NCBI GenBank assembly: GCA_043811915.1
Contig: JBDRMS010000005.1
Coordinates: 41,300-105,299 of the forward strand
Direction of reading: 5' to 3'
Length of the DNA stretch: 64,000 nt
Source: a bacterium
GTDB taxonomy: Bacteria; Patescibacteriota; Andersenbacteria; UBA10190
Part shown: in pieces, positions 38,910 through 49,870 of the stretch
Layout: every line of letters begins with the position of its first letter
Position numbering within the stretch: the first letter of the stretch is position 1
Program-made: the position numbers and the translations under genes
The notes under the pieces: generated by a model
Told to the model about the DNA's origin: nothing
Database searches by the model: none
The model's input: only the letters and a program-made list of their open reading frames with translations

Positions 38910-40799
38910 ATGTGTGGGATAGCCGGAAAGATCAGTTTTAGCAATCGGCCAGTTCAGGAGTGCGATATTAAGCGCATGACGGATGTCCTGGCTCACCGCG
39001 GCCCGGACGACCAGGGTATTTATGTCTCTCCCAACCAAAACATCGGGCTTGGCCACCGGCGGCTCTCGATTATTGATTTGTCTAAACAGGGCCACCAACC
39101 CATGCCTTACCTGAATCGTTACTGGATTACTTACAACGGCGAAATCTATAACTACCAGGTTAAACGTAAGCTGTTAGAAAAACAGGGCTACTCTTTCAGA
39201 TCCCAAACTGACACCGAAGTCATTCTTGCCTTGTACGACAAGTTTGGTATCGATTGTCTACAACACCTGCGCGGGATGTTTGCGTTTGCCATTTATGACC
39301 AAAAAACTAATCAACTGTTCTGCGCTCGTGATCGCCTGGGACAAAAACCATTTAAATATTATAGCGACAGTCGTGTTTTTATTTTTGCCTCCGAACTCAA
39401 GGCTATTCTAACCCAAAGCGAATATCACAAAGAACCGGATTATTTAGCCATTCACCACTACCTCACTCTTCAATACACCCCTGCCCCCTACACCGGCTTT
39501 AAGGATATAAAAAAACTGGAGCCAGCCCACTACTTAATTGTCGATCTCAACACCGGCAAAATTACTAACCAGCCATACTGGCAACTTAATTTCTCTAATA
39601 AGTTAAACCTGTCCGAGCAGCAATGGTGCAACGCTATCATGGAAAAATTGGATGAAGCCACGCGTCTGCGCCTGGTTTCCGACGTGCCTTTGGGCGCTTT
39701 TCTATCCGGCGGCATAGACTCCAGCGCCATTGTCGGCTTCATGAGCCGCCACACCGCCAGGCCCGTCAAAACATTTTCTATCGGCTTTAAAGAACAAGCC
39801 TACAATGAACTGCCCTTTGCCCAAGCAGTCGCCGATCATTTTCATACCGACCACACCAACTTTATTGTCGAACCTCAAGCTCTCGATATTCTCCCCCCTC
39901 TGGTTAAGCAATACGAAGAACCCTACGCCGACAGTAGCGCCCTGCCAACCTACATCGTAAGCAAATTAACCCGCCAGCACGTTACCGTGGCACTGAATGG
40001 CGACGGGGGAGATGAAAACTTTGGTGGGTATTCCCGTTACAGTATCCAGAAATTCGCCTTACTTTATGAGAAATTTCGCTGGCTTAATGCTGTCATAGCC
40101 TTACCCATCAGTAAATTGGCGGTCGATAAAATACATAATACATTTTTTCAACGCGCTCATCGTTTCTCTGCCACCATACCACAAGACTATACGCATCGTT
40201 ATGTTAATTATGTTTGTTACTTTACCAATGAAGCTAAACGCCAGCTCTACGACCCAACCATGCTTAAAAAAGTATGGTCCTATGACTCGTACAACATTGT
40301 AGCCAATCAGTTTCGTCGAGCGCAAGCTGCCGACAAACTGGATCAGACCATGTACGCCGACATAAAAACTATTTTAGTTGATGATTTTCTTACCAAGTGG
40401 GATATTGCCTCCATGGCCGTATCACTGGAAGCCCGCTCCCCCTTTCTTGATCATAAGTTCATGGAGCTGGCCGCCAAAATACCGAGCCGCCTTAAAATAA
40501 AAGGCGCCAACGATCGTAAATATATTTTTAAAAAGGCTCTGGCCGGCTTTTTACCACCCGACATTATTAATCGTCCCAAGCGGGGTTTCCAGGTACCTCT
40601 CGATATGTGGTTTAAAGGCAAGCTCGGCGTTTTTGCTCAAGACACCCTGCTTTCCAAAAGGGCACTTAACAGAAACCTTTTTAATCAGTCAGTCGTAGCC
40701 GATATTTTGCACACTCACCAGCGCACCAACATAAATAACTCCACCTATATTTGGTCATTACTCACCCTTGAGTTATGGTTCAGACAATACTTCGACTAA
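38910..40799 (+). CDS. asnB: Asparagine synthase (glutamine-hydrolysing) family amidotransferase
   Basis: MCGIAG, HRGPD, LGHRRLSIIDL, FLSGGIDSS, GDGGDE and EARSPFLD motifs. Confidence 0.93.
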   Translation: MCGIAGKISFSNRPVQECDIKRMTDVLAHRGPDDQGIYVSPNQNIGLGHRRLSIIDLSKQGHQPMPYLNRYWITYNGEIYNYQVKRKLLEKQGYSFRSQTDTEVILALYDKFGIDCLQHLRGMFAFAIYDQKTNQLFCARDRLGQKPFKYYSDSRVFIFASELKAILTQSEYHKEPDYLAIHHYLTLQYTPAPYTGFKDIKKLEPAHYLIVDLNTGKITNQPYWQLNFSNKLNLSEQQWCNAIMEKLDEATRLRLVSDVPLGAFLSGGIDSSAIVGFMSRHTARPVKTFSIGFKEQAYNELPFAQAVADHFHTDHTNFIVEPQALDILPPLVKQYEEPYADSSALPTYIVSKLTRQHVTVALNGDGGDENFGGYSRYSIQKFALLYEKFRWLNAVIALPISKLAVDKIHNTFFQRAHRFSATIPQDYTHRYVNYVCYFTNEAKRQLYDPTMLKKVWSYDSYNIVANQFRRAQAADKLDQTMYADIKTILVDDFLTKWDIASMAVSLEARSPFLDHKFMELAAKIPSRLKIKGANDRKYIFKKALAGFLPPDIINRPKRGFQVPLDMWFKGKLGVFAQDTLLSKRALNRNLFNQSVVADILHTHQRTNINNSTYIWSLLTLELWFRQYFD

Positions 40800-40806
40800 T
40801 AAAATC

Positions 40807-41868
40807 ATGCGTCACCAGCACCTTGAATACCTAACCGACCCTGCCACCGGCCAGCCGCTTACTCTGACCATATATGATCAGCAAGGGCCCCACATCATCT
40901 CCGGCCTGCTTGCCAGTCCCTCCCACCGCTATCCCATCATCGATGGTATTCCCCGTCTGACACCACAAAGCCAATTAAAAAAAGATGCTGCTTTTAACAC
41001 CCATCAGAAAAAGACAGCCGACAGTTTCTCTTATGAATGGAACAATATTTATCAGGAAAACGAATTCGAAAAACAAAACTTTCTCCACTTTTTAGGCCCC
41101 TTTATCAAGGCGTGTAATTTAAAAGACAAAAAAATATTAGATGCCGGTTGCGGCTCCGGTCGTTTCGCCAAACAGGCCGCCCTATGTGGCGCCGAAGTAG
41201 TTATCGCCACCGATGTCGGTGAGTCCCCCCGTGCTGCCTACAAACTTACTCAACATTTGTCCAACGTATGCATTATTCAAGCAGATCTGTACCACATGCC
41301 CGTTGTCAATTTTGCCGATCTGACATTTTCCATTGGCGTTCTACATCACCTGCCAGAACCCCAAAAAGGGTTTACTAAACTCACCGTCACCGTTAAGCCA
41401 GGCGGACAATACCTAATTTGGGTATATAACAGACGCAATAATTTCCGGGCGGTTTACGTTTTCGAGTCTATTCGTAAAATTACCCGCCACATTCCCAAAT
41501 CAATTCTATATAAACTGTGTTACCTGCCAGGTGCCGCCGTCCACAGCATCAACTACGTCACTCACTTCTTCAACAAAGTCGGCGCCAGCCGATTAGCTAA
41601 AAAAATCCCTTTCTCCTACTACGCCAACTTTCCTTATCGTATGAAATTAAATGATGCTTTCGATGTGCTTGCCACCCCTAAAAGCAACTACTACTATACT
41701 GAGGAGATAGAAAACTGGTTTAAAGAAGCGAGGCTGCAAAACGTTCAAACTTATGAACACCCGGAAGCCGGCATCACGGCCGTTGGCTCACTTGAGCAGA
41801 CGAGCGATAAATTTGAGCATGTCAGCCAGCTGCACCACGTCTCGGTTGCCAATAATTTGCGTAGCTAA
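40807..41868 (+). CDS. SAM methyltransferase with Trm112-like N-terminus
   Basis: LTDPATG...YPIIDGIPRL, LDAGCGSGR and GVLHHLPEP motifs. Confidence 0.85.
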   Translation: MRHQHLEYLTDPATGQPLTLTIYDQQGPHIISGLLASPSHRYPIIDGIPRLTPQSQLKKDAAFNTHQKKTADSFSYEWNNIYQENEFEKQNFLHFLGPFIKACNLKDKKILDAGCGSGRFAKQAALCGAEVVIATDVGESPRAAYKLTQHLSNVCIIQADLYHMPVVNFADLTFSIGVLHHLPEPQKGFTKLTVTVKPGGQYLIWVYNRRNNFRAVYVFESIRKITRHIPKSILYKLCYLPGAAVHSINYVTHFFNKVGASRLAKKIPFSYYANFPYRMKLNDAFDVLATPKSNYYYTEEIENWFKEARLQNVQTYEHPEAGITAVGSLEQTSDKFEHVSQLHHVSVANNLRS

Positions 41869-43317
41869 GGAACCCGCCACATTTCCCACAAAAGGTACTA
41901 GCTCTGTCGGCACATCCGCCGCATAAACTGGTGCCGCAAATGCAAAAAAAGCATCCCCGGCTCCCACTGCATCCACCACATGAGGAGCAAAAGCTGGCGT
42001 TTCCATAAAACCGTCCTGTCGCGACAACGCTAATGATCCGTCACCTCCTCGTGTGGTCACAATTAAATCACATCCCATTTCCTGCTGCACCTGTCTTGCC
42101 ACCTTTCTTAGGTCACTTTCTTTATCATGGGTGGCATAACGCAACTCCACTTCGTCCACACAGACAAAGTCTGCGCGTGGATATTTTGTTACCAGGTTAA
42201 AGCCGGCATTAGCACCATTGGTCTGCACATTTAGCGCCAGCTTCTTTGCCTGGCGACAAATCGTTCGGATTATTTTATCTGTTATAAAACCGTGGCCAAA
42301 ATCATTAACCACCACCACATCATAATCACCGACTGAATTTCGCAAATATTCGATTATGCCTCCTTCCACATCTTTATCGACTTGGCTATCCTGCATATAG
42401 TAAATCTCAAATAACTTCAGATTTCGGCTATCACTGACATAACGACGCTTAACAGTTGTGCCTGCTCCGCTACGATAAAAAAACTTCGGTTTAACTCCTC
42501 CGGCTAACTGTTTTATAATAAAGTGCCGCCAGGAATCTTTTCTTCCCAGCAAAGTAGCAAGCGCCACCTGCCGACACACGCTCGACACATGATTAGCTGT
42601 AGCCAGAGCTCCGCCGGCAAATGATTCATCCTTTAAATATCGATTGACGATTAGTGGCTCCTTGCCCGATTTACCCATCTGCGCACAGTAATCATACTGG
42701 TCAATAATCGCGTCCCCGACCACGAGCACCTTCAGCTTCTTCGCCGCATCCAGCGCTTCAACAATATCATTGTAGGAATACTTTTTTTTCAGTGACTTTA
42801 GGTATCGCCGCGTCTTTAAGGGATAAACATCAAGATGGTCATTAATTAATTGGGAAGAGCTAAAAACAATATCATTAGTAAAGACCAGTCGCCCGCCATT
42901 TGCCCTAACTGCTCTTTCTTCATCAATAATTTTTCCCGTCACATCATCTTTAGCCTTCCGGTAGTCCTGCCCCTTCACATAGACATTACTCTTCAGCTTT
43001 TTCAACGACTCCACCGCCGTCGGCGCCGACACAATAGACACATAATCAACCACTGCCAACGCCGCTATCGCTTCCGCCCGCAAATCTTCACTAAACAACG
43101 GCCTCCCCGGACCCTTCCTCACATATCTATCAGCCGTCAACGTCACCACTAAAACATCGCCCTCTTTTTTGGCCGCCTCAAAATGACGAATATGTCCCGG
43201 ATGAACCAGGTCAAAAACCCCGTGACACTGTACTATTATTTTACCTTGACTCTTTAACTTAGCGACAATCAACGCCAGATCATCAAGCTCTTTCACTTTC
43301 ATGTCCCCCGTTGCCAT
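41788..43317 (-). CDS. Bifunctional nucleotidyltransferase / PfkB sugar kinase (HldE-like, reversed domain order)
   Basis: HGVFDLVHPGHIRH N-terminal domain; VVGDAIID and DAVGAGDAF kinase motifs. Confidence 0.85.
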   Translation of the reverse strand: MATGDMKVKELDDLALIVAKLKSQGKIIVQCHGVFDLVHPGHIRHFEAAKKEGDVLVVTLTADRYVRKGPGRPLFSEDLRAEAIAALAVVDYVSIVSAPTAVESLKKLKSNVYVKGQDYRKAKDDVTGKIIDEERAVRANGGRLVFTNDIVFSSSQLINDHLDVYPLKTRRYLKSLKKKYSYNDIVEALDAAKKLKVLVVGDAIIDQYDYCAQMGKSGKEPLIVNRYLKDESFAGGALATANHVSSVCRQVALATLLGRKDSWRHFIIKQLAGGVKPKFFYRSGAGTTVKRRYVSDSRNLKLFEIYYMQDSQVDKDVEGGIIEYLRNSVGDYDVVVVNDFGHGFITDKIIRTICRQAKKLALNVQTNGANAGFNLVTKYPRADFVCVDEVELRYATHDKESDLRKVARQVQQEMGCDLIVTTRGGDGSLALSRQDGFMETPAFAPHVVDAVGAGDAFFAFAAPVYAADVPTELVPFVGNVAGSLATQIIGNRDVVQLADMLKFIARLLK

Positions 43318-43318
43318 A

Positions 43319-44566
43319 TCAACAAATTGTATGAGTAAACCTCTTTTTCCACCAGCTTATTACCCCACCCAAATACACAAAGGCAATGAAAAATGACATG
43401 GCAGGAGCAAATATGCCAAACCTGCCCACCAGCCAATAAATACTAATCAAGTAAACAGTACCTGCCACCAACCCATTTAAACCAATAAATCTTACGCCCT
43501 TTGCGCCCGTGCTGGCAATAAACCACCAGTAAGTCTGCCAGACAAAAAACAACATAGCGTACACGCTCATGCAAAGTATTAGGCGCCAGGAAAACATATA
43601 AGCGCCCCCTAACAACCTCAAACTAATTGCCCCGCCAATTATCGTCAGCAAAACTGCCGGTATAAAACCTACTCCAATCAGCCGTTCCAGTTTTTTTAAT
43701 ACGGCTAGCTTATCTTCATGCCGCGACACCATAGGAAAAAATACATTAATAAACACGTAGCTCAACTGCGCCGCCACCTGCACAGACACGTAATAGTAAG
43801 CCGCGTACACACCCAGGCTGGCCTGTCCCAACATCCTCTCAATCAGAAATTTATCTCCTCCCACTAGCAACAACCCGGCCACAGCGCCAACCATGCCAAA
43901 GCGTATGTAACGCCAAAGGTCCAGCGCCACCTCGCCCTGCCAATACTGCCAGCCTATCAATCTTCCCGCCCCGCCTGCCGTTATATACGACAAAATAATT
44001 ACCACCGCCCCTGCCATCGTCGCCACTACAAACAACGCATAGCCGCCGCCCGACAGCCAATACATTATCACAAATCCCAGTAATATAATAACCGCCTCAA
44101 ACGTCCTAGCCTCGGCCTGAAATCTAAATTTACCCTCCCCTCTAATTACACCATCAAAAAACATTCTAAACGCCAGTGCTAAAGCCAGAGCCGTCGCCGC
44201 TCTTAAAACGCCACTATCTATATCAAATATTGCTGACAGTGTTCCAGCTCCAGCAAAAACAAGCATCGATACCAGTACAGTGGCGCTCGCCATCACTAAA
44301 AAACCAGAAGATACCATGCGACGCTTGGTCGTTAAATGTTTTATATTTATAGCTACACTTCGCATGACAGCTACATCCATGCCTAACAACATCGGAATAA
44401 TCAACAGCTGCGACACGGCCAGCGCCAAGGCAAATAAACCAAATTGCTTCGGTCCAAGCAGCCTTCCCACCAGTAACAAAGTACCAAACAAAATTGCATT
44501 AGCCGACGTCAGCCCCACAAATGAAAATGACAGTTGTTTTAAAAACTGCCTCATGTAAATACTCAT
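43319..44566 (-). CDS. Wzx-type oligosaccharide flippase
   Basis: GRLLGPKQFGLF and DKFLIERMLGQASLGVYAA motifs; about 12 TM helices; start uncertain. Confidence 0.82.
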   Translation of the reverse strand: MSIYMRQFLKQLSFSFVGLTSANAILFGTLLLVGRLLGPKQFGLFALALAVSQLLIIPMLLGMDVAVMRSVAINIKHLTTKRRMVSSGFLVMASATVLVSMLVFAGAGTLSAIFDIDSGVLRAATALALALAFRMFFDGVIRGEGKFRFQAEARTFEAVIILLGFVIMYWLSGGGYALFVVATMAGAVVIILSYITAGGAGRLIGWQYWQGEVALDLWRYIRFGMVGAVAGLLLVGGDKFLIERMLGQASLGVYAAYYYVSVQVAAQLSYVFINVFFPMVSRHEDKLAVLKKLERLIGVGFIPAVLLTIIGGAISLRLLGGAYMFSWRLILCMSVYAMLFFVWQTYWWFIASTGAKGVRFIGLNGLVAGTVYLISIYWLVGRFGIFAPAMSFFIAFVYLGGVISWWKKRFTHTIC

Positions 44567-44625
44567 GTCATAACCAAACAGCCTTGCGTGACTGGCCATG
44601 ATAAACTTCTTTCCCCAGACCAACA

Positions 44626-45567
44626 TCACTTCGAAAGCAAACTCAACCACCAGCGCCGCCAGCGCCGTAGTGCCTCACTCTGTGCCATTCTCATCACCAG
44701 CCCGTGACCCAGCCACGACAACAAGTATTGTTCTAAAACTATTAATTTATAACCACGCTGCCAGCGCCGCACATGTTGCTCTGGAAAATAATTCTTGAAC
44801 TCCCGTGATCTCATTAATTCTCCCGCCCTATTAATAATTTTCCACATCTCCATCGGCCGCCGTGAAGTACTGTGCGAAAGACTATCCGGCGATATTACCC
44901 AGGTCATAAAAGGCCTCGGCACATAGCACACCCCATATCGCAACCCGATTGCTCGCGCCGCAAATGAATCGCACCACGAACCAAGCTTCAGCCTGAAACC
45001 ACCAACCTCCATCAGCGCACTTTTTCGAAAAATTGTTGATCCGACAAATGACTGCCCCGCCACCTCTGACTCCAGGCACTCTTTTCGATATTGATCAGGA
45101 CCGGCATAAAGTGCCTTATTCCATTTATTTACTTTTATTGTGTATAATTTTTCTCCATCAGTACTTACGGCCTTTATCTCGCCGAAAATCATCCCGGCTT
45201 CCGGATACCGCTCCGCCCAGTCCATCGCTTCGGCAAAAAAATAAGAAGGGATATAATCATCAGCCGCACCAAAATATACATATTCTCCCTTAAGCCACGC
45301 CATCACTCCTCCCAGCACAACCTGCACCCCCCTATTCTTCCTGTAAACTATCAATTTAAGCCACGCATACTTTTTAGCATAGCCCCGCACTATCCTGACA
45401 CTGTCATCAGTTGACCCGTCATCCACTATAATCAATTCATCAGGCAACCTGCTCTGGCTGGCTACTGCTTCAATCGCCCGGCCTATACAATGTCCGTGAT
45501 TGTAATTAGAAATAAATACCGACAGTGTCAGCTTTTTAGAATTCAATAATAATTCTTCCCGCATCAC
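44626..45567 (-). CDS. Glycosyltransferase family 2
   Basis: NYNHG, IVDDGSTD and AADD motifs. Confidence 0.85.
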   Translation of the reverse strand: MMREELLLNSKKLTLSVFISNYNHGHCIGRAIEAVASQSRLPDELIIVDDGSTDDSVRIVRGYAKKYAWLKLIVYRKNRGVQVVLGGVMAWLKGEYVYFGAADDYIPSYFFAEAMDWAERYPEAGMIFGEIKAVSTDGEKLYTIKVNKWNKALYAGPDQYRKECLESEVAGQSFVGSTIFRKSALMEVGGFRLKLGSWCDSFAARAIGLRYGVCYVPRPFMTWVISPDSLSHSTSRRPMEMWKIINRAGELMRSREFKNYFPEQHVRRWQRGYKLIVLEQYLLSWLGHGLVMRMAQSEALRRWRRWWLSLLSK

Positions 45568-46537
45568 CCCTGTCTAATTCTTTTAAAGCTGCATTAATTT
45601 TGTCTAACGAATATCTGTGAGTTATCAGCTTTTTCAGAGGCAATTTGCCAGACATATATTGTCTGGCATAGTAAGGGAAATCCTTATCCGGCACCGTCTC
45701 TCCACCCCAGGTGCCGATTATTCGTTTGCCGCATATTAAACTATACGGATCAATTTTTATTTTTGTCCCAAGCTTGGGATGCCCCGCTATTACCAGCGTG
45801 CCAGTGTTATTCAAAGCCTCAAATGCCTGCTCCATGACCTCTGAAAGACCCGTCGCTTCTACGGCGTAATCCAAGTCAGCTATTTTTCCCTGCCCTGCCT
45901 TTTTTACTTCTGTCGCCCCCAGTTTTTTTGCCCAGGCAAGCTTCTTCTTAGATATATCAACCGCTATAACATCTTTACACCCAATCTGTCTGGCCGCCAT
46001 TACTGCACTAGCTCCAATCCCTCCTACGCCAAATATAGCCAATCGAGATCCTTTTTTTGCCCGTAACGAATGTCGCACCATGCCGGCGCCTGTGGCCACC
46101 GCGCAACCAATTATGGCTGCTACATCAGCCGGCACTTTTCTACTAACTTTTGTCACCCTGTTTTCCGCCACCACGGCGTACTGCGAAAATACAGCTGCGC
46201 CGCCCGAATTTACTATTTTTCCTTTCCATTCATACAGACCTCCCGGCGCATCCATACCACTGCCTTTAATCCATGAGACTACCACGTAATCGCCGCGTTT
46301 TACTTTTTCTACCCCACCGCCTACTTTAACCACATTTGCCGAACCTTCATGGCCCAGCAAGTGGGGTAAATATGGATCCTTGCCCCGCCAGCCATTAATT
46401 TCACTCAATTGAGAGCGACACAACCCGGCCGCCTTCATTTTAACTAAAACCTGTCCCCGCCGCAGTTTTGGCACCACAACCTCATCCACAACCAATGACT
46501 GCTTAATCATCACTAAAATTGCTGCTCTGGTTTTCAC
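45536..46537 (-). CDS. Zinc-binding alcohol dehydrogenase family
   Basis: GLCRSQ, LGHEGS, IGCAVATG and FGVGGIG motifs. Confidence 0.88.
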   Translation of the reverse strand: MKTRAAILVMIKQSLVVDEVVVPKLRRGQVLVKMKAAGLCRSQLSEINGWRGKDPYLPHLLGHEGSANVVKVGGGVEKVKRGDYVVVSWIKGSGMDAPGGLYEWKGKIVNSGGAAVFSQYAVVAENRVTKVSRKVPADVAAIIGCAVATGAGMVRHSLRAKKGSRLAIFGVGGIGASAVMAARQIGCKDVIAVDISKKKLAWAKKLGATEVKKAGQGKIADLDYAVEATGLSEVMEQAFEALNNTGTLVIAGHPKLGTKIKIDPYSLICGKRIIGTWGGETVPDKDFPYYARQYMSGKLPLKKLITHRYSLDKINAALKELDRGDAGRIIIEF

Positions 46538-47190
46538 GGAATAAACCAGTAGTAGTCTCCTGTGTAGCCAACCTCCTTAAATAGTTGCTCCCACTCTGCC
46601 ACAGACATATACGTCAGCGCTGTCAGATTCCACATATCCATTCTTTTTTTCTCCTCCGGCGTTCTGTAGGCATCCATTGTTACAAATGCGTCCTCCCTCG
46701 TCACCCGCATAATCTCTCGCAATGCTTGTTTGCACTCGTCGATGGCAAGGTTATGCACCGTGTTTATCGAGATAACCAGGTCGAACGAATTATCCTCGAA
46801 CGGCAGCTTCCTGGCGTTAGCCACCTGCACATGCCCCTTCATGTCCTCTATAGTGTTGTCTATGCCGTATTGCGATATATCTATTCCCTTAACCGTAATA
46901 CCAGGAATCAACTCAGCAAAATCGTGCATCATAAAACCTTTGCCACACCCCACATCCAGCAAACTGCTTTCTTTTGTTAACCCGTATTTCTTCTGAAAAG
47001 CCGGTACTACCGGCTGCCAGAATCGTGCCTGATAGCTAAACCCCCCGTACCCATGGCGCCTATCGCCATCAAAATAATCTTTGTCAAATCTTCGTCCAAC
47101 TCTCCGATCTTCTTCCGTTTTAGCCGCCGCCCGCTCATCCAAATTACGCTTGGTTTTTGGGTAATCCGCCATTAAATCTATCTCTGCCAT
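46534..47190 (-). CDS. Class I SAM methyltransferase
   Basis: YFDGDRRHGYGG and LLDVGCGKGF motifs. Confidence 0.88.
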   Translation of the reverse strand: MAEIDLMADYPKTKRNLDERAAAKTEEDRRVGRRFDKDYFDGDRRHGYGGFSYQARFWQPVVPAFQKKYGLTKESSLLDVGCGKGFMMHDFAELIPGITVKGIDISQYGIDNTIEDMKGHVQVANARKLPFEDNSFDLVISINTVHNLAIDECKQALREIMRVTREDAFVTMDAYRTPEEKKRMDMWNLTALTYMSVAEWEQLFKEVGYTGDYYWFIP

Positions 47191-47193
47191 AGC

Positions 47194-48999
47194 CTAATGT
47201 TGCACTTTCTCCGCAGAAACATCAAGAGAAACATCAAGCGGTTCCACAATCATGTTTTCTATTAATTCTCTCCGCGGCAGCAGCGGTTCAGAATCTTCCA
47301 GCGGCCGGCCGAATTTCACTTGCGGTAGCACCCGGTGAGATATATCAACCTTCACCACACAAAACGTCGGGCCGGGATTCTCCAAACAAGCACCTATCGC
47401 TTTTTGCAGCATATCATTCTTCTCTACGACCACCGTTTTAAAGCCGAACGCCCGGGCAATTTTTCCCCAATCTGGAAATGACAGTCCGCTGGCAACGGAT
47501 GACGCCTCATACTTTGAATTCAGCCATTGATCCTGTGTCTGTTGAATCATGCCATAGCCCTGATTGTCCAATACAAATATCTTAATCGGCGCTTTGTGCC
47601 GTATCACCGTGGCCAGCTCCTGCATATTCATCATTAGGCTGCCATCACCCGTCACACAAATGACAGGGGACTTGCTTCCCGCTAAACTAACACCCATCGC
47701 CGCCGGCAGCGCCCAGCCCATCGCCGTGTAGTTAAAGTCATGCCACAGCCGTTGATTCTTCTTAAACTCAAACCCCTGCATCATCCAAGCCACCGTACAT
47801 CCCGTATCGACAACCAGTTTTTCTCCTTCCCGGCACCGCTTTGATAATTCTTTAACAAAAACATAAGGATTAACTTTCTTCTCGTCGTAATATTCAGGCG
47901 CACATACCGGATATCGTTCTTTCCAATTGCTTATTCTGTTCCGCCAGGCCGCGTAATTTATACCGGCAGGTTTGGGCAGCATCTCGTTCAACGACATTAA
48001 AAATTTCTTTGCTTCAGCCTTTATCAGCAAGTCCGCCTTCATTCCATAATAGTCATATTTCCCTAATTCATTGTTATCCACGTCTACCACAATTTTTTTT
48101 GCCCCCCGTGCAAATGTATCCATCCCCCCCGTGGCTCGCGTGTCCAATCGACAACCAATAGATAATACCAAGTCAGCGTTTTGCACCGCAAAATTTCCGT
48201 ACCGCGTCCCGTGCGTGCCAAAAGTGCCAATTAAGTTTGGGTTGCTCGCCGGCAACAAGTCCGCCACCGCCCACGTCAACGCCACCGGTATTTTTATTTT
48301 TTCTATCAACTGCGCCGCCTGGTCTTCCGCCTGCGCCAGTCTCACTCCCCACCCCAAGATCATCACCGGCCGCTCCGCTTTTTCTATTAATAACACACTC
48401 TTTCGCAAATCCTGCACATCAACTACTGCCGGCACCTCCGCCTTAGGTTTATACAACTTTAACTTCTTGGGATCTATCATCTTACGCTGCAAATCATCCG
48501 GTATATCAATAAGCACCGGTCCCGGCCGATCCTGTTTGGCTATATATGCCGCCTTGTCCAACTCATACCCAATCATATATGGATCAGTAATTTTCACGGC
48601 ATACTTTGTCACCGGCCGAAAAATATCCACCGTATCCGTTTCCTGAAAGCCCATCTGTCTCACTCCTGTGTGTTCCCTAAACCGAAAAGTAGCCACCTGC
48701 CCGGTTAAAAACATAACTGGTACTGAATCGTAATAAGCGCCGGCCGCCCCTGTTAACATGTTCGTCGACCCGGGCCCACTAGTGCCAATGCTTACGCCCA
48801 GTCCCCCGCTGGCTCTGGCGTAAGCATCAGCCGCGAAAGCGCCGGCCTGCTCGTGGGCCGGACATACATATTCAATGCCTTTTGTTTTAGCAATACCATC
48901 AATCAGGTGCAGCGACGCGCCTCCGGTTATAGCAAAAACGTGCCCGACCTCCGCCTTTTTTAACCATTCTGCGACATATTCTGCCAATTTCACGACCAT
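47194..48999 (-). CDS. ThDP-dependent acetolactate synthase-like enzyme (YerE-like)
   Basis: HEQAGAFAA, TSGPGSTN and GDGSLMMNMQEL...NQGYG motifs; located in a glycan locus. Confidence 0.88.
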   Translation of the reverse strand: MVVKLAEYVAEWLKKAEVGHVFAITGGASLHLIDGIAKTKGIEYVCPAHEQAGAFAADAYARASGGLGVSIGTSGPGSTNMLTGAAGAYYDSVPVMFLTGQVATFRFREHTGVRQMGFQETDTVDIFRPVTKYAVKITDPYMIGYELDKAAYIAKQDRPGPVLIDIPDDLQRKMIDPKKLKLYKPKAEVPAVVDVQDLRKSVLLIEKAERPVMILGWGVRLAQAEDQAAQLIEKIKIPVALTWAVADLLPASNPNLIGTFGTHGTRYGNFAVQNADLVLSIGCRLDTRATGGMDTFARGAKKIVVDVDNNELGKYDYYGMKADLLIKAEAKKFLMSLNEMLPKPAGINYAAWRNRISNWKERYPVCAPEYYDEKKVNPYVFVKELSKRCREGEKLVVDTGCTVAWMMQGFEFKKNQRLWHDFNYTAMGWALPAAMGVSLAGSKSPVICVTGDGSLMMNMQELATVIRHKAPIKIFVLDNQGYGMIQQTQDQWLNSKYEASSVASGLSFPDWGKIARAFGFKTVVVEKNDMLQKAIGACLENPGPTFCVVKVDISHRVLPQVKFGRPLEDSEPLLPRRELIENMIVEPLDVSLDVSAEKVQH

Positions 49000-49853
49000 G
49001 GCATAGCCGACTTAAGAGATATAAACAATGTTCCGTCGTGATATGAATACGGCATTTCAGATACCGCGCCAACCCGCCCCCAGTTAATCTTTTGCGAGTA
49101 CATATTAACTCCCAATTCCCTTAAATGCTCGAATATAGTTCTGGCTTTCTCCTCGCTGCCAATTTCAACCAGCATATCCGTGTTTTGCCACTGCTCCAAA
49201 GTTGTCGCCAACAAGGCTTTATCCTCGTGTCCTTCAATATCCAGTTTTACCAGGTCGGCCCAATCCATAATTTCGCTTATCGGTGCCGTCCTGACATCAA
49301 TATAATTTAATTCTCCGTAAGGATCCGGCTTGCCCCCTTTTATATGACTTCCGGTGGTATTACCTAACACCCGGATAAATTCAGCCTTCCCTGCTTTGTC
49401 GGACACGGCCACCGGCCTGATCTCAACATTGGCACAGTTGTTAAGCTTTAAACGCCTTTCAATTTCAGTCACGTGTTCCAGGTCAGGCTCATAAGCCCTT
49501 ACCTCATAATCGCATCGGCTCAACACAAGCGAATGCAGCCCAATGTTAGCCCCTGCGTCCACTACTTTTCGATATCTTTTTCTGTTATGCCAGTAAAAAC
49601 TGAAGATGATTATTTCCTCAATATCAAACAAGTCAACGGAATCAATTGCTCCCATTTTGTGATAAGGAAAAATAAGTTTGCCAAACGGAGCAAAATCTCT
49701 TTTTATCCCCGTTACAGCAGAAAATTTTCCCGCTGCCTCTTTTCTGGCCAGAGCCCGCCAACTATTATGCAGCTCCGTTCCAGGTGCATGCTGCGAGCTC
49801 AAATAGGGCAGTGTCGTTATTAGTTCGGTTAATGTCGCCGGCTTCTGCCTCAC
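48990..49853 (-). CDS. FkbM family methyltransferase
   Basis: DAGANIGLHS and KLDIEGHE motifs. Confidence 0.85.
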   Translation of the reverse strand: MRQKPATLTELITTLPYLSSQHAPGTELHNSWRALARKEAAGKFSAVTGIKRDFAPFGKLIFPYHKMGAIDSVDLFDIEEIIIFSFYWHNRKRYRKVVDAGANIGLHSLVLSRCDYEVRAYEPDLEHVTEIERRLKLNNCANVEIRPVAVSDKAGKAEFIRVLGNTTGSHIKGGKPDPYGELNYIDVRTAPISEIMDWADLVKLDIEGHEDKALLATTLEQWQNTDMLVEIGSEEKARTIFEHLRELGVNMYSQKINWGRVGAVSEMPYSYHDGTLFISLKSAMPWS

Positions 49854-49870
49854 ATCCTTATCTTATATTA

